From NCBI RefSeq assembly GCF_006345805.1, contig NC_042999.1:2418001-2482000 (forward strand): a stretch of DNA of 64,000 bases, given 5' to 3'. Both the position numbers and the translations under genes were made by a program. Under the pieces are notes generated by a model, which saw only the letters and a program-made list of their open reading frames with translations, searched no databases and had not been told where the DNA came from. The DNA is from Octopus sinensis (taxonomy: Eukaryota). Positions 1-13,133 of the stretch are shown here, piece after piece. Every line of letters starts with the position of its first letter. Position 1 is the first letter of the stretch.

Positions 1-712
1 CATTTTGAGTTCAAATGTCTTGGAGGTCAAACTTGACTTTCATCTTGCTCTCCCACCTCTCTCTCTCCTGCTCTCCCCCTCTCTCTCCCCCTCTCCCTCT
101 CTCTCATTCTCTGTGCTTCTCTGTGATTGATAAAATATGAACTTACTGCCATACTCTGGAGTTATAATTCAATCAAGTGTAGCCCTGACCCTGGAATGTG
201 TGACCTTCGTTCTGTGTGAGAACTAATTATTATTGCAGACAATGCATTAGCAGAAACATTAGAATACCAAACTTTTCTCATACACACACCACACACACAC
301 ACACACACAGAGGAAAAACAAGTAAGCATATATATATGTATGCATGTGTGAGTATATATGTATGTATGTATGTATGTATATATGTATGCATTTATGTATA
401 CATATATATATACATGTATATGTATATATAAATACATATATACATGTATATGTATGTATATATATAAATATATACATACATGTGTATGTATGTATATATA
501 TATATATATATATTTACATGTGTGTGACAAAGGTGTTAAGAAACACCTCATTGCTAGAAATAAGAGGTGTTTCTGAACACCCTTGTCACACTTAGTGACA
601 ATCATAATTCTCCTTTTCGGTGAAGCATTAGAACCTGCTGTTTATATTAATGATATAAACATACATACATATATATTTTGGGTATGGTAAATGAGTTCAG
701 CAAAATTTAGAT

Positions 713-1128
713 TCAGTTGGTAAGCAGCTTGCTTACCAACCACATGGTTCTGGGTTCAGTCCCTCTGTGTGGCACTTTGGGCAAGTGTCTGCTACTATAG
801 CCTCAGGCCGACAAAAGCCTTGTGTGTGGATTTGGTAGATGGAAACTGAAAGAAGCCCGTTGTGTGTGTATATATATTATATATATATATATATGTACAT
901 GTATGTATATGTTTGTGTGTCTGTGTTTGTACCCCCAACATCATTTGACAACTGATGCTGGTGTGTTTACGTCCCCATAACTTAGCAGTTCGGCAAAAGA
1001 GACCGATAGTATAAGTACTAAGCTTACAAAGAATAAATCCTGGGGTCGATTTGCTTGACTAAGGGCGGTGCTCCAGCATGGCCACAGTTAAATGACTGAA
1101 ACAAGTAAAAGAGTAAAAGGAGTAAAAG
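713..1128 (+). mobile_element. SINE family A (tRNA-like head, internal TA/TG microsatellite, AAGAGTAAA tail)
   Basis: Matches the full-length copies at 13134, 47201 and 56105: ggtaag..cttgcttaccaaccacatggtt..ggttcagtccc..ttgggcaagtgtct..ggatttggtagatggaaactgaaagaagc..gcggtgctccagcatggcc..ctgaaacaagtaaaagagtaaaag. Confidence 0.85.
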
Positions 1129-1789
1129 ATTATATCAAAATAAGCAACAAAGATATCCAGAATTCTATGTCTTATGCAGCTGAGGATTGCTCTGCATTTA
1201 AATTGATGTAATGATTGCGTTGTTCAATTAAATGGAATTACATGAAACGATCGTACTGCATTACCTATGGATATCCTTGTTGAAATTGTATGGATAATAC
1301 CGTACTAAATTCTGGTGGTTGGAAAGCAAGCTTCTTACCACACAGCTGCACCAGCACATAAATTTTAACAACTACATCTTATATGGACCCTCAAGGGCCT
1401 CGGGTGAAAATCACTGTTACAGAAGGTCTCCAAGCTTTTTACATCACTAATCACTTTATAGTCCACACCAAAGGATTTTTGTTTAGCCCAAGGCCAAACT
1501 GAACATGCACATTTATAGCAGTGACCAGCAAATCTTTCTTTTGTACCAGGGAATGCATTTCCATTTTCCAAAGTGAGCTTTGATTTTCTTTAACATTTTA
1601 AAAATGATTAGACATGATTTGAGATAGAATTAGCTGTAATTTCTCAAGATACCTTTGTTCTTGTCATTGTTGTTGCCATCATGAATACTTGTTCTTGTAA
1701 ATTCTAATTGCCTCAGATGAAGTTTGTGTTTTGTTCCCATCACTGAAGTTATCTTTCTTATTCCATTATTTCATTGTCATTGATGTTGT

Positions 1790-2445
1790 TTGTTGTTGTT
1801 CTTCTTTTTCTTCCAGTCCTCTTCTATCTACTCCCTTCCTCTTCTTCCTTCTCCCATCCTCCTCTTCTTCCTTCTTCGGTCCTCCTCTTCTTCCACACCC
1901 CTCTCTTCCTCATTCCCTCCTCCTTCTTCTTCCTTTTCTCTTCTACCTCTTCTCTTCTTTTCTCCTTCCTCTTCTCGTATTCATTCTCTTCTTTTTCTTT
2001 TCTTCTTCCACTTCCTGCCTTCTTCCTTCTTCTGTTCTCCTCTTCTTCCACATCCCTCTCTTCCTCATTCCCTCTTCCTTCTTCTTCCTTTTCTCTTCTT
2101 CTACCACTTCTCTTCTTCTTCCTCTTTTCGTCTTCATTCTTTTCTTTTTCTCCCTCTTTTTCTCCCTCTTTTTCTCCTCCTCCTCCTTCTTCTTCTTCTT
2201 CCTCTTTTCTTCTTCACTATCTTCTGTTTCTTCTCTTCTTCTTCCTCTTCTTGTCTTCATCATCTTTCTCTTCTTCTCCTTCTCTTGTTTCAGCTGTTGA
2301 TTTTTGATTGATTTATAACTGTTGTGTTTATTTTTCTTAGTTTTTAGTTTGTTTCATTATTATTATTATTATCATTATCATTATTATTATTTTATTATTA
2401 TTATTATTATTATCATTATTATTTTTATTGTGTTATAGTTGATCT
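1790..2445. repeat. CTT/CCT-rich low-complexity tract followed by (ATT)n
   Basis: Pyrimidine-rich simple repeat with an internal duplicated block (about 1870-1990 vs 2030-2150). It is the source of the spurious F/L/S and E/K/R ORFs. Confidence 0.9.
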
Positions 2446-2945
2446 TGAGGATAGCTTTGTTGCTGCTAGTGTTGCAGCTTCCATATTTTACATTCTGCCC
2501 AGCCTTCAACCTTAACCCCACCTGCCGACCCCATTCTACACAAAACTAACCCTAACTATTAACAACAATCATGTGTTCCTATTTTATATGAACGTACTTG
2601 GTTTTTTCTATAGTTTTCTACTCCATTTCTTTTTATATTTGGAATAATAAATGCACACACACACATATATATATATATCACATATATACATGCAATTATG
2701 TATCTATATATATATATAATGTATGTGTGTGTATATATATATTTACATGTAAATATACATATACATATGTATATGCATGCATACATATACATCTATATAT
2801 GTATATGTACACACCTGCATATATATATGTGTGTGTACGTGTGTGTGTGTACTTATGTATATATATATATTTATACATGTATACAAATATATGCTTATAA
2901 TATATATGTGTATATATATATATGTGTATTTATATAATATATCAT

Positions 2946-2976
<31 letters not shown>

Positions 2977-3179
2977 CATTTATTTATCTATTTATTTATC
3001 CACATATATATACACACGTATATGCATGCTTCTATATATTTTATATTCTTTAGTTTTCAATTTCCTGGTAATATTATTGGTTGAGATGGAAATGGAGTTG
3101 TTCCACTTGTCAGATATTTTCTTCTTCTGTCAGTAGTTAGCTATATATTCACTAAGGAAAAATTAGGATTATGGTTAGG

Positions 3180-3399
3180 CAACATCAACAACAATAACAA
3201 CAAAAACCAACAACAAACAAACAAACAAACAAACAAACAAATGACAATTCCATCAACAAGAGCAACAACTAGAAGGAAAAAAAACAAAAATACCATCACA
3301 ACAACAGCAACATCCTCAATAAAGATAATTTCAACAGCAGAAATGACAGGAATAACAAGAGCAACCATAATAATAATAATAATAATGATGATGATGATG

Positions 3400-3448
<49 letters not shown>

Positions 3449-3498
3449 TAATAATAGTGATAATAATAATAACAACAATAATAATAATAATAACAATA

Positions 3499-3534
<36 letters not shown>

Positions 3535-3790
3535 GCAACAATAGTAATAATAATAATAATGATAAAGAGAAGCAAAATCAGACAAACAGACAATTGTAGA
3601 ATGCGAATAAGGATGGTAAGAATTATGCCAAAAAAGGGGGAAAATGCAATAATAATAATAGTAATAATAATGACGAGGATGATGATGATGATGATGATGA
3701 TAAAAATAAAATTAAAAATAATAGTAAAGCTGTAAAGAACTGGTGTAGAGTTGATAAGGACGATAAAGAGAGAGAGAGAGAGAGAAAGAA
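3180..3790. repeat. Compound (AAC)n/(AAT)n/(GAT)n microsatellite
   Basis: Directly visible trinucleotide runs that explain the poly-I/L/Y ORFs. Confidence 0.95.
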
Positions 3791-4069
3791 ATAATGAGGA
3801 AGTAAAAAGGGAAAAAGACAAAATGACTATAAGTGAGTTGAGATATGTTAAGCTAATGGGGATATACAGTGAAGAATTATTGTATATATTTATTATGTTT
3901 ATAGGTAAAAAAACTGAGGAGCAGATAATTGGTGGTAGAGGCAGTGGTATGAGGAAGGAGGTGGGGGGCGGGGGCAGAAAATGATCTGTGTGTATGTGTG
4001 TGTGTATGTGTGTGTGTATGCACATGTCCATGTGAGAATGCATGTATTACTGTCCGCCAAAATGTATTG

Positions 4070-4122
<53 letters not shown>

Positions 4123-4338
4123 CATACATATATATACACATAACACATACATATATATATACGTATGTATGTATATATATATATGTATGTATATGCATAT
4201 ATATGTATATATGTGTGTATATATATAATATATATATATATGGATATATATATATGTATGTATGTATATATATATATAATATATATATATATAATGCATA
4301 TGTATATATATATTTATAAGAATAATATGCATATATAC

Positions 4339-4378
<40 letters not shown>

Positions 4379-4593
4379 GTATGTACATATGTATAAATTC
4401 GTAAGTATATACACCTGTATGAGAGTGGACATATGTGTGTGTCAATGCAATTGTACTGGAACATGTGCAACCATGTCTTTGCTATTTATGTCTGTGCATC
4501 TATGTTCCCATTTACAATGAAATCTATCTAAATGCAAGAAAACCGGTATGAGTGGGAGTAGCACATACATACATACATACACACATACATACA

Positions 4594-4626
<33 letters not shown>

Positions 4627-4648
4627 GTGTATATATAAATATACATAT

Positions 4649-4689
<41 letters not shown>

Positions 4690-5013
4690 TAGATAGATAC
4701 ATAGATATATATAGACATACACAGACACATATGTAGATATATATGTATGTACATAAATGTGTGGGGGGGGGGTGATAATGTTGAAATAAAATCTCTTTAG
4801 ATAACAGACAATGTTTCATGTAGAGAACTTTGTACAAAACTTAGTGTATGTTGTAATTGCAATGAAAACCTACATGCATGCATGTGTGTGTGTGTGTGTG
4901 TGTGTGTGCATGCGTGTGCTAGGACATGAGAAGTCATGAACATATTATTCTATGCAAACGCATTTATGTTGTTCTGTATATACAATCATTATTCATGTAA
5001 TAAATATCATACT

Positions 5014-5192
<179 letters not shown>

Positions 5193-5575
5193 ATTGATTT
5201 GATGTATGTGGGAGTATCATGTATATTTTCTTTTTATAATTCTTAAACAAAAATATCTTTGACAATGCCTTTGAATTTTCAGTCATTTCTGCCATTATCA
5301 GACTTTATATATACATGTGGGTGTATGGTAAGAAACTTGCCTTCCAACCACATGGTACCAGGTTTGGTCCAACTGTGTGGCCTTGGGTAAGTGCTTTCTA
5401 CTATAGCCTCAGGCTAACCAAATCCTTGTGTGAGAATTTGGTAGACAGAATCCAAAAGAAGCATGTCATATATGTATGTATGTATGTATTTCATAGTGTT
5501 GTCTTTTATAAAGAAGCATTCCATGTGCATTTTCTGTGATTATTTGGTAAGCGGTGTCGATTTTACACTTCTGTA

Positions 5576-5620
<45 letters not shown>

Positions 5621-5761
5621 TATTATTATTATTATTATTGTCTGTTATCTAGGAGTCGGGAAGACATTCGGCAAGAAATGGAAGCAAATTTGAAAGAAGA
5701 AGAAAATAATAACGATAATAATAATAATAATAATAATAATAATTATAATAATAATAATAAT

Positions 5762-6060
5762 AATCATTTAACGTCCGTTCTCCATGCTAGCATGGGTTGG
5801 ACGGTTCGACCAGGGATCTGGGAAGCCAGGAGGCTGCACCAGGCTCCAGTCTTATCTGGCAGTGTTTCTACAGCTGGATGCCCTTCCTAACGCCAACCAC
5901 TCCGTGAGTGTAGTGGGTGCTTTTTACGTGCCACATGCACAGGTGCCAGGCGAGGCTGGCAACGGCCATGGTCGGATTGGTGCATTTTACGTGCCACCAG
6001 CACGGAAGCCAGTCGAGGCGGCACTGGCATCAGCCACGATTCGGATGGTGCTTTTTACGT
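5762..6060 (-). mobile_element. SINE-like family C ((GAT)n tail, internal ~60-bp variable repeat)
   Basis: catttaacgtccgttctccatgctagcatgggttggacgg..ctggatgcccttcctaacgccaaccactcc..gtgctttttacgtgcc; about 20 copies in the window. Confidence 0.85.
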
Positions 6061-6419
6061 AATAATCTTTTAAGTAATGAGAAGATGGATTTAGTATCAA
6101 TCTTTATATTGCCCAACGGTTGTTTTGACCCCTCCAGCTAATGTCCCTTATGGGTGGGACTCTGTTCAACAGGTGTTGCATCCATTTTGCTGCTTGGGTC
6201 TCGTCAGGTACATCCACACATAAAGTTGTGTCTCGCTAAAGATCTTGAGCTTTGACTATCATGTTGTTATATTCCTGTCTGGTTAAGGAATGAGACCTAT
6301 CTACAGTTTTCAACTATTATCATCATCCTTTAATAAGTGTTGCAAACACTCGTAAATATACACAAATAACTGTTGATGAAAAAAAAAAGAATCTATTATT
6401 ATCTCAACCAACACTGTGG

Positions 6420-6820
6420 AATTTCTGCTCGCCTGGCCCCCGTGCCGGTAGCACATAAAAGCACCATCCGTTCGTGTCCGTTGCCAGCCTCGCCTGGCCC
6501 CCGTGCCGGTAGCATGTAGAAGCAGCATCCGTTCGTGTCCATTGCCAGCCTCGCCTGGCCCCCGTGCCGGTAGCACGTAAAAGCACCATCTGTCTGTGGC
6601 CGTTTGCCAGCTCCGTCTGGCACCTGTGCAGGTGGCACGTAAAAAGCACCCACTACACTCACGGAGTGGTTGGCGTTAGGAAGGGCATCCAGCCGTAGAA
6701 ACACTGCCAAATCTGACTGGGCCTGATGAAGCCTCCCGGCTCCACAGACCCCAGTTAAACCGTCCAACCCATGCTAGCATGGAAAACGGACGCTGATTGA
6801 TGATGATGATGATGATGAGA
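6420..6820 (+). mobile_element. SINE-like family C with 3-4 internal repeat units
   Basis: Repeated ccagcctcgcctggcccccgtgccggtagca units, then ggcgttaggaagggcatccagc and a gatgatgat tail. Confidence 0.85.
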
Positions 6821-6915
6821 TCCAACGGAAATATACCCCGACTGCTGATGACACCAGATAGCCCCAAACTGCACAAGTGCTTTGCTCAACACTTTAACAC
6901 ACTAATCAACCCATT
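6821..6915 (+). pseudogene. Possible LINE (RTE-like) ORF relic
   Basis: The frame reads ..[13 protein letters not shown], resembling the W.EHF..LLN motif upstream of LINE RT domains. The match is short and weak. Confidence 0.3.
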
Positions 6916-7109
6916 ATTCCAAAATATTACATATATATATGTATGTGTGTGTGCATATATATATATACATATATATATATGTATATATATATACACACAC
7001 ACACACACACATATATATATACATATACATATAAATATATATATATTTATATACATATACATATATATATATATATATACACACATATATACATATACAC
7101 ACACACATC

Positions 7110-7141
<32 letters not shown>

Positions 7142-7394
7142 AATATATATATATATATCACGTGATCACGTGACCGACCAGGCTATTAGATGTTGCTACA
7201 CATCGCTGGTCACAATGCGCATTGCATTGTTTTAGCCTTTAAATGATGCCACCTCGCTGGCTAAGCGACCAGGCCAATATATGCATATACATATATATAA
7301 ATATATATATGCATATATATATGTGTGTGTATATATAAATATATATATATATAGCAAATGAAAGGCAGACGATGGAATATATGAGAATTTATTG

Positions 7395-7506
7395 ATAATC
7401 ACGACAATTGTTTCGACACATCTAGCATCGCTTCCCCATGTGTGGAACACTCAACAACTGGTTCACGAGCATCCAGCAGTGCAGATATATCTCATCGGGT
7501 GATAAT
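7395..7506 (-). ncRNA. Type I hammerhead ribozyme motif (U4C core variant, palindromic stem III) in a TA-embedded repeat, Penelope-like
   Basis: Minus strand: AUUAUCAC-CCGAUGA-GAUAUAUCU..(~60 nt)..AGAUGUGUC-GAA-AC-AAUU-GU-C-GUGAUUAU. Stems I, II and III all pair and the cleavage triplet is GUC. Confidence 0.7.
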
Positions 7507-7669
7507 TGAATACAACTCATTAAAATGACTGTTCGACAACGTTACTTTTGTAGGGAGTAAAGCAACCACACAGAGGAAATATCTTCATTTTTATAGAAGA
7601 TCAAAAATAAAATCACAAATGGCAAAGAGAAACGAACAGCAAGAAAGGTATTAAAAAATATATATATAA

Positions 7670-7719
<50 letters not shown>

Positions 7720-7751
<32 letters not shown>

Positions 7752-8130
7752 GTTTAACGTCCGTTCTCCATGCTAGCATGGGTTGGACGGTTCGACCGGG
7801 GATCTGGGAAGCCAGAAGGCTGCACCAGGCTCCAGTCTTATCTGGCAGTGTTTCTACAGCTGGATGCCCTTCCTAACGCCAACCACTCCGTGAGTGTAGT
7901 GGGTGCTTTTTACATGCCACCTGCACAGGTGCCAGGCGAGGCTGGCAACGGCCACGGTCGGATTGGTGTATTTTATGTGCCACCGGCACGGAAGCCAGAC
8001 GAGGCAGTGCTGGCATCGGCCACGAGTCGGATAGTGCTTTTTACGTACCACCAGACCAGGGATCCTGGCTGGTTCAATTCGATTTCGATTTCGCTTGCCC
8101 CAACATGTCTTCGCAAGCAAGGGGGTTGGC
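7720..8130 (-). mobile_element. SINE-like family C
   Basis: Same diagnostic sequence as 5762-6060, with a (CAT)n tail on the plus strand. Confidence 0.85.
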
Positions 8131-8399
8131 ATGGGTATACATTTATTATGAGGAGGTGTTGAGAAGTTCTTGACTTTCAGGGTATCATGAAAGGCCTGAT
8201 TGGAGGCCCGTGTTGTTTCTTTATAGGGCTTACATAAACTGAAGGTCTAAAGCAATAATGGTGTGAATCTGAGAGGGGAATATGTTGAATAAAATCATAA
8301 TTAACTGATCGACCTGTATTTTGTTTCACCTAAATCCAGGAAGTTTTCAGCACCCCCTCATGTGTGTGTGTATGTATGTATATCTATATTTATATATAT

Positions 8400-8680
8400 C
8401 ATCATCATCATCATCATCATCGTCGTCGTTTAGCGTCCATTTTCCATGCTAGCATGGGTTGGACGGTTCTACTGGGGTCTGTGAAGCCAGAAGGCTTCAT
8501 CAGGCCCAGTCAAATCTGGCAGTGTTTCTACGGCTGGATGCCTTTCCTAACGCCAACCACTCCGTGAGTGTAGTGGGTGCTTTTTACGTGCCACCCACAC
8601 AGGTGCCAGACAGAGCTGGCAAACGGCCACGAACGGATGGTGCTTTTTATGTGCCACCGGCACAAGGGCCAGGCGAGATA
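8400..8680 (-). mobile_element. SINE-like family C (subfamily shared with 50930-51310)
   Basis: ggttctactggggtctgtgaagccagaaggcttcatcaggcccagtcaaatctggc is near-identical to 50980-51200. Confidence 0.85.
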
Positions 8681-8893
8681 TATATATATATATATATAGA
8701 TAGATTAAACTTACTTGGAAAAGGATGCATGGTGTTCAATCATATAATAATATAAATATATAAATATATGCATATATACATACATATATGTACATGTATG
8801 TACATATGCATACATTATATATCATTTATACTATATATATATATATATATATAGGCAGATAAACAGATATATATTCATACAGACACTAGAGCA

Positions 8894-8924
<31 letters not shown>

Positions 8925-9094
8925 TATAATATATATATTATATCTAATATATATATATGTATGTGAATATAATGATAGATATACATAATGCATGCACATA
9001 CACTCATTCACACGCCATATACACATACAATGTATAAGGACATTTAAATACAGGACCATGAATCTGCATATATATATGTATGTATTTAATATTC

Positions 9095-9129
<35 letters not shown>

Positions 9130-10104
9130 TATTTAGCTTTATACCTTTATACATATGCATGGCTCACAGAACAGGCATTTCAAATACATATCAACGTGTA
9201 CATGTGCATATGGAAATGCACATAAATGCCTGCAGGTATTTGCATAAAAATGGCCGTTTACATGGGAACAGGAATGTATTGACCAATACCTGCTGAGTGA
9301 AATAAATTTGGTAGATAAGAAGTGTTCAGTAAAATGTATTATTGTTGTTGTTGTTGGTGGTGGTAGTGGTGGTGGTGGTGGTGCTATTGTTATTAATATT
9401 ATCATGATTGTTCAAATTCTGCTGAGGTCGATTTGGCCTTTGCTCCTTTCAGAGTTGATAAATAAGTACCAGCTAGGCACTGAGGGGTCAATGTAATCAG
9501 CTTACCCCTCACGAAATTGCTGGCCTTATGCTAAACTTTGAAATCAATATCATTATTATTATTATTATTATTATTATTGCCGGTGCACGTAAAAGCACCA
9601 TCCGATCCGATCGTGGCTGTTTGCCAGCCTCATATGGCACTGTGTGCCGGTGGCATGTAAAAGCACCACTAACCACTCAAAGTGGTTGGTGTTAGGAAGG
9701 GCATCCAGCTGTAGAAACACTGCCAGATCAGACTGGAGCCTGGTGCAGCCTCCTGGCTTCACAGAACCTGGTTGAACCGTCCAACTCATGCCAGCATGGA
9801 AAGCGGATGTTAAACGATGATGATGATGATTATTATTATTATCATCATGCTAAACTTTGAAATTATTATTATTATTATTATTATTATTGTTATTATTGTT
9901 ATTATTATTATTATTATTACTATTATTATTATGCTAAACTTAGTATTATAATTACTATTATTATATTATTATTATTATGTTATATTGTTATTCTTGTATT
10001 ATTTTATTATTATTATTATTTTATTATTTATTATTATTATTATTTTATTATTTATTATTATTATGTTTATTATTGTTATTATTATATTCCTTTCTTTTAT
10101 TATT

Positions 10105-10985
10105 GAGTGAGAGAGCAGTTCTGCATCAAAGGTGCACTGGGGTAAATATACGAAGCCCAATATCCCCATCATGACTACCCGTCTGCTAAAGGTACACAGG
10201 CACATGCTCACAACCATATGTGCGCGACATGGTAATCTCATAATCACGATAAACAGCACATGAAGACCTTGCCAGTGGGGCCCAGTTAGAATTTTCTTTC
10301 GGTTGAGTAGCCCATCCTGCTCAACGGTCCTGAATAAGGGTTGCTTTAGGATGTTGAACGAAACACCTATGTTCCAGAGGTGAACATTCAAACTCCAAAG
10401 AATCCCTCTCAACACATGGCCATGATGCTCCACCCACTACTTCTGCTCGTGATCAGAGATGCACATATTCAGCCACTAAGGGACCTGCTCACTGGTTCAG
10501 GTCAAACAAGGACACAATCTGTGTATTGAGCAGAATTTGCTGGAGCCCATCTTTTATACCAGACAAAACCTTTTATACCAAGACAAACTCTTTTTTCCAA
10601 GACAAAATCTTTTATACCAAACAAAACTCTTTTATACCAAGACCAAACTCTTTTATACAAGACAAAACTCTTTTATGAATCCCAGACAAACTCGTTTATA
10701 CCAGACAAAACTCTTTATATACCAACAAACTCTTTTAACCAAGACAAAACTCTTTTATAATACAAGACAAACTCTTTTATACCAACAATAACTCTTTGAC
10801 CAAGACAATCTCTTTATACAGACAAAACGCCTTTTAATACCACGACAAAACTCTTTTATCCCAGACCAACTCTTTTTACCAAGACAACCGCTTTTATACC
10901 AAGACAACACTCTTTTATCCAAGACAAAACTCTTTTAATCCAAGACAAAACTCTTTTATACCAAGACAAAACTCTTTTATACCAA
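10105..10985 (+). repeat. Interspersed repeat ending in a ~21-bp minisatellite (consensus ACCAAGACAAAACTCTTTTAT, ~20 copies, 10550-10985)
   Basis: Tandem units are visible with period 19-23 bp. The higher-GC body at 10105-10550 lies between (ATT)n runs. Confidence 0.75.
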
Positions 10986-11151
10986 GAATTATTATTATTA
11001 TTCTTATTATTACTATTATTACTATTTATTAGTATTATTATTATTATTATTATTATTATTGTTTATGTTATTATTATTATTATTATATTATTTTATTATT
11101 ATTATTATGATATTATTATTATTATTGTTTTTGTTATTATTATTGTTATTA

Positions 11152-11183
<32 letters not shown>

Positions 11184-11201
11184 GTTTTTGTTATTATTGT
11201 T

Positions 11202-11243
<42 letters not shown>

Positions 11244-11389
11244 CTATTCTCCCTTATTATTATCATATTATCCATTATCATTATTATGTTGTTTTTATTA
11301 TTATTAGGTGGGAACTGGCTGAATCTTTAGCATGTTGGGCAAAATGCTTAGTAGCATTCTCCTCTCTTATGTTTTTAGTTCCAAATTCC

Positions 11390-12200
11390 ACTGCTGCGGT
11401 TGATTTTGCAAAAGCTGCTGAGTATCTAAGTAATGATACTGTCCAAGTATTTACAGCTTTCACTAGATTCGAACCATTTAGTTTTGACTTTTTTAGCTTC
11501 CTCACTCTTCTGATGTACTCCTTCTCAATTTTCATTTCTAATACTCCTATATACTTATAACTCTCTCCTCCTTTCAATGATTTTAATATCTGGCCATCTG
11601 GTAATTGGATGCCTTCGCTGTTGACAACCCGTCTCCTTCTCATGACAAATATTGCACACTTGTCTCTCCCAAATTCCTTGCCTACATCTTTGCTGGAAAG
11701 TCTTAAGGAATCTATCTCTTTTTCATTCTTACTAAAAGGCTTCAGATCATCCATGGTTAATTTTTTCATTACTACTTCAGAACTTATACCCTGCCTTTTC
11801 CGTCCTTAATACTAAACTGAAGGAGATCAAACATAGAAATAATGCTAAAAGGATCAACAAGTCCCCCCTGGAAAATTCCTCTTTTGATATTAACTTTCCC
11901 TAAGACTGTGTCACCTGCGTAGAGATCTACTTTCCATTTCTACATGCTAAAGCTAATTAATTCTCTTACATTGTCTGCTATACTGAATATACTCAAACAT
12001 TCACTTATCCATGAATGTGAGATCATGTCATAGGCTTTCCTATAATCTATCCATGCTAGAAAGATTTTTCTTTCTAGCTTTTACTTCATTTAGTACTGTT
12101 TTGTCTATATATAATAGCTCATGTGCTTCACTAGCCTTCTTCCTGCAGCCTTTATGTTCTGGTAGTAATTCTGGAGTCTACTTCTAGCATAATGGATGTC
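11390..12200 (-). pseudogene. Degenerate reverse transcriptase of an RLE-type (R4/NeSL-like) non-LTR retrotransposon
   Basis: Minus-strand motifs WIDYRKAYDMISHSWISECL, IKRGIFQGD, MDDLK, KCA, YKYIGVLE, NLVKAVNTW..SLLRYSA, broken by stops and frameshifts. Confidence 0.85.
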
Positions 12201-12374
12201 CACTTAGTGGTCATCCCTCTTATATGTATGTCATATAATTCTTCTGAATCTTCAGATTTTTCAATATGCTAAACCACTGGTTTTAAATCAAATTAATATT
12301 CAATTTTTCACCCTTATTATTTTAAATTTAAATATATATACATACATATTTATATATATATATATATATATATA

Positions 12375-12565
12375 GTTAATCCAGACAAGAAAACACAAAA
12401 AAAACACAACAACGCGAGGACGTGGAACAAATATAGTATTATTGGACGCTCAGGAAAGAAGTAATGTTTCGACCGGAGCTCTTCGTCGGAAACACAGGAG
12501 AAGGAAAGATCCAGAGAAGGGAAGACAGAGGAAAAAAATCGCCAACAGTACACACGAGGTCACAT
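12375..12565 (-). mobile_element. TA-embedded Penelope-like fragment with a degenerate hammerhead motif
   Basis: Minus strand guuu-CCGACGA-A-GAGC-UCC-GGUC-GAAAC-AUU; stem II has a mismatch and stems I/III are decayed. Confidence 0.45.
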
Positions 12566-12950
12566 ATATATATATATATAGGTGCAGGTGTGGCTGTGTG
12601 GTAAGAAACTGGCTTCCCAACACATGGTCTCAGGTTCAGTCCCACTGTAAAGCACCTAGGGCAAGTGTTATCTACAATAGTCTGAGTTGTATTCGAATCT
12701 GGCAGCAATATCTTAATACCATGCTTCATCGCACAATTCACAGTTTTTATGCAAGTTTCATTCTGCCTGATTTGGTATTGAGAAACAGAAAACATGATAA
12801 TTCTTCCATTGCCAAAAGAGGCAATATCTGCTCTAGCAGCTTCTTGCTTTTATTCTGATTCTCTTGTAACAATGTATTTACTGCACATAGACACACCCAC
12901 ACATGTTTAGCTATGATTTATATATGTATGTATGTATGTATGCATGCATG

Positions 12951-12984
<34 letters not shown>

Positions 12985-13018
12985 TGTATGTATGTATGTA
13001 TGTCTGTATGTATGTATG

Positions 13019-13050
<32 letters not shown>

Positions 13051-13133
13051 TGTATGTATGTGTGTATGTATGTATGTCTGTATGCATGTATGTCTTTATA
13101 CATGTCTGTCTGTCTGTCTGTATGTATGTATGC

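Noticed and set aside
147-211. Minus-strand segment with a good acceptor (ttctcacacAG) and donor (GCA|GTAAGT)
   Set aside because: All three frames contain stops and no partner exon could be identified; at best a UTR exon.
6120-6290. Minus frame QEYNNMIVKAQDL*RDTTLCVDVPDETQAAKWMQHLLNRVPPIRDISWRGQNNRWAI
   Set aside because: It looks protein-like but has an internal stop and no recognisable motif, so it cannot be assigned.
9236-9300. YLHKNGRLHGNRNVL resembling a kinase catalytic-loop region
   Set aside because: It lacks the HRD/HGNLKS spacing, ends in a stop within 20 codons, and is probably chance.
10550-10985. Regularly spaced short repeats resembling a CRISPR array (also 20315-20822 and 61190-61785)
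   Set aside because: The units are head-to-tail with no unique spacers, the context is eukaryotic, and there are no cas genes.
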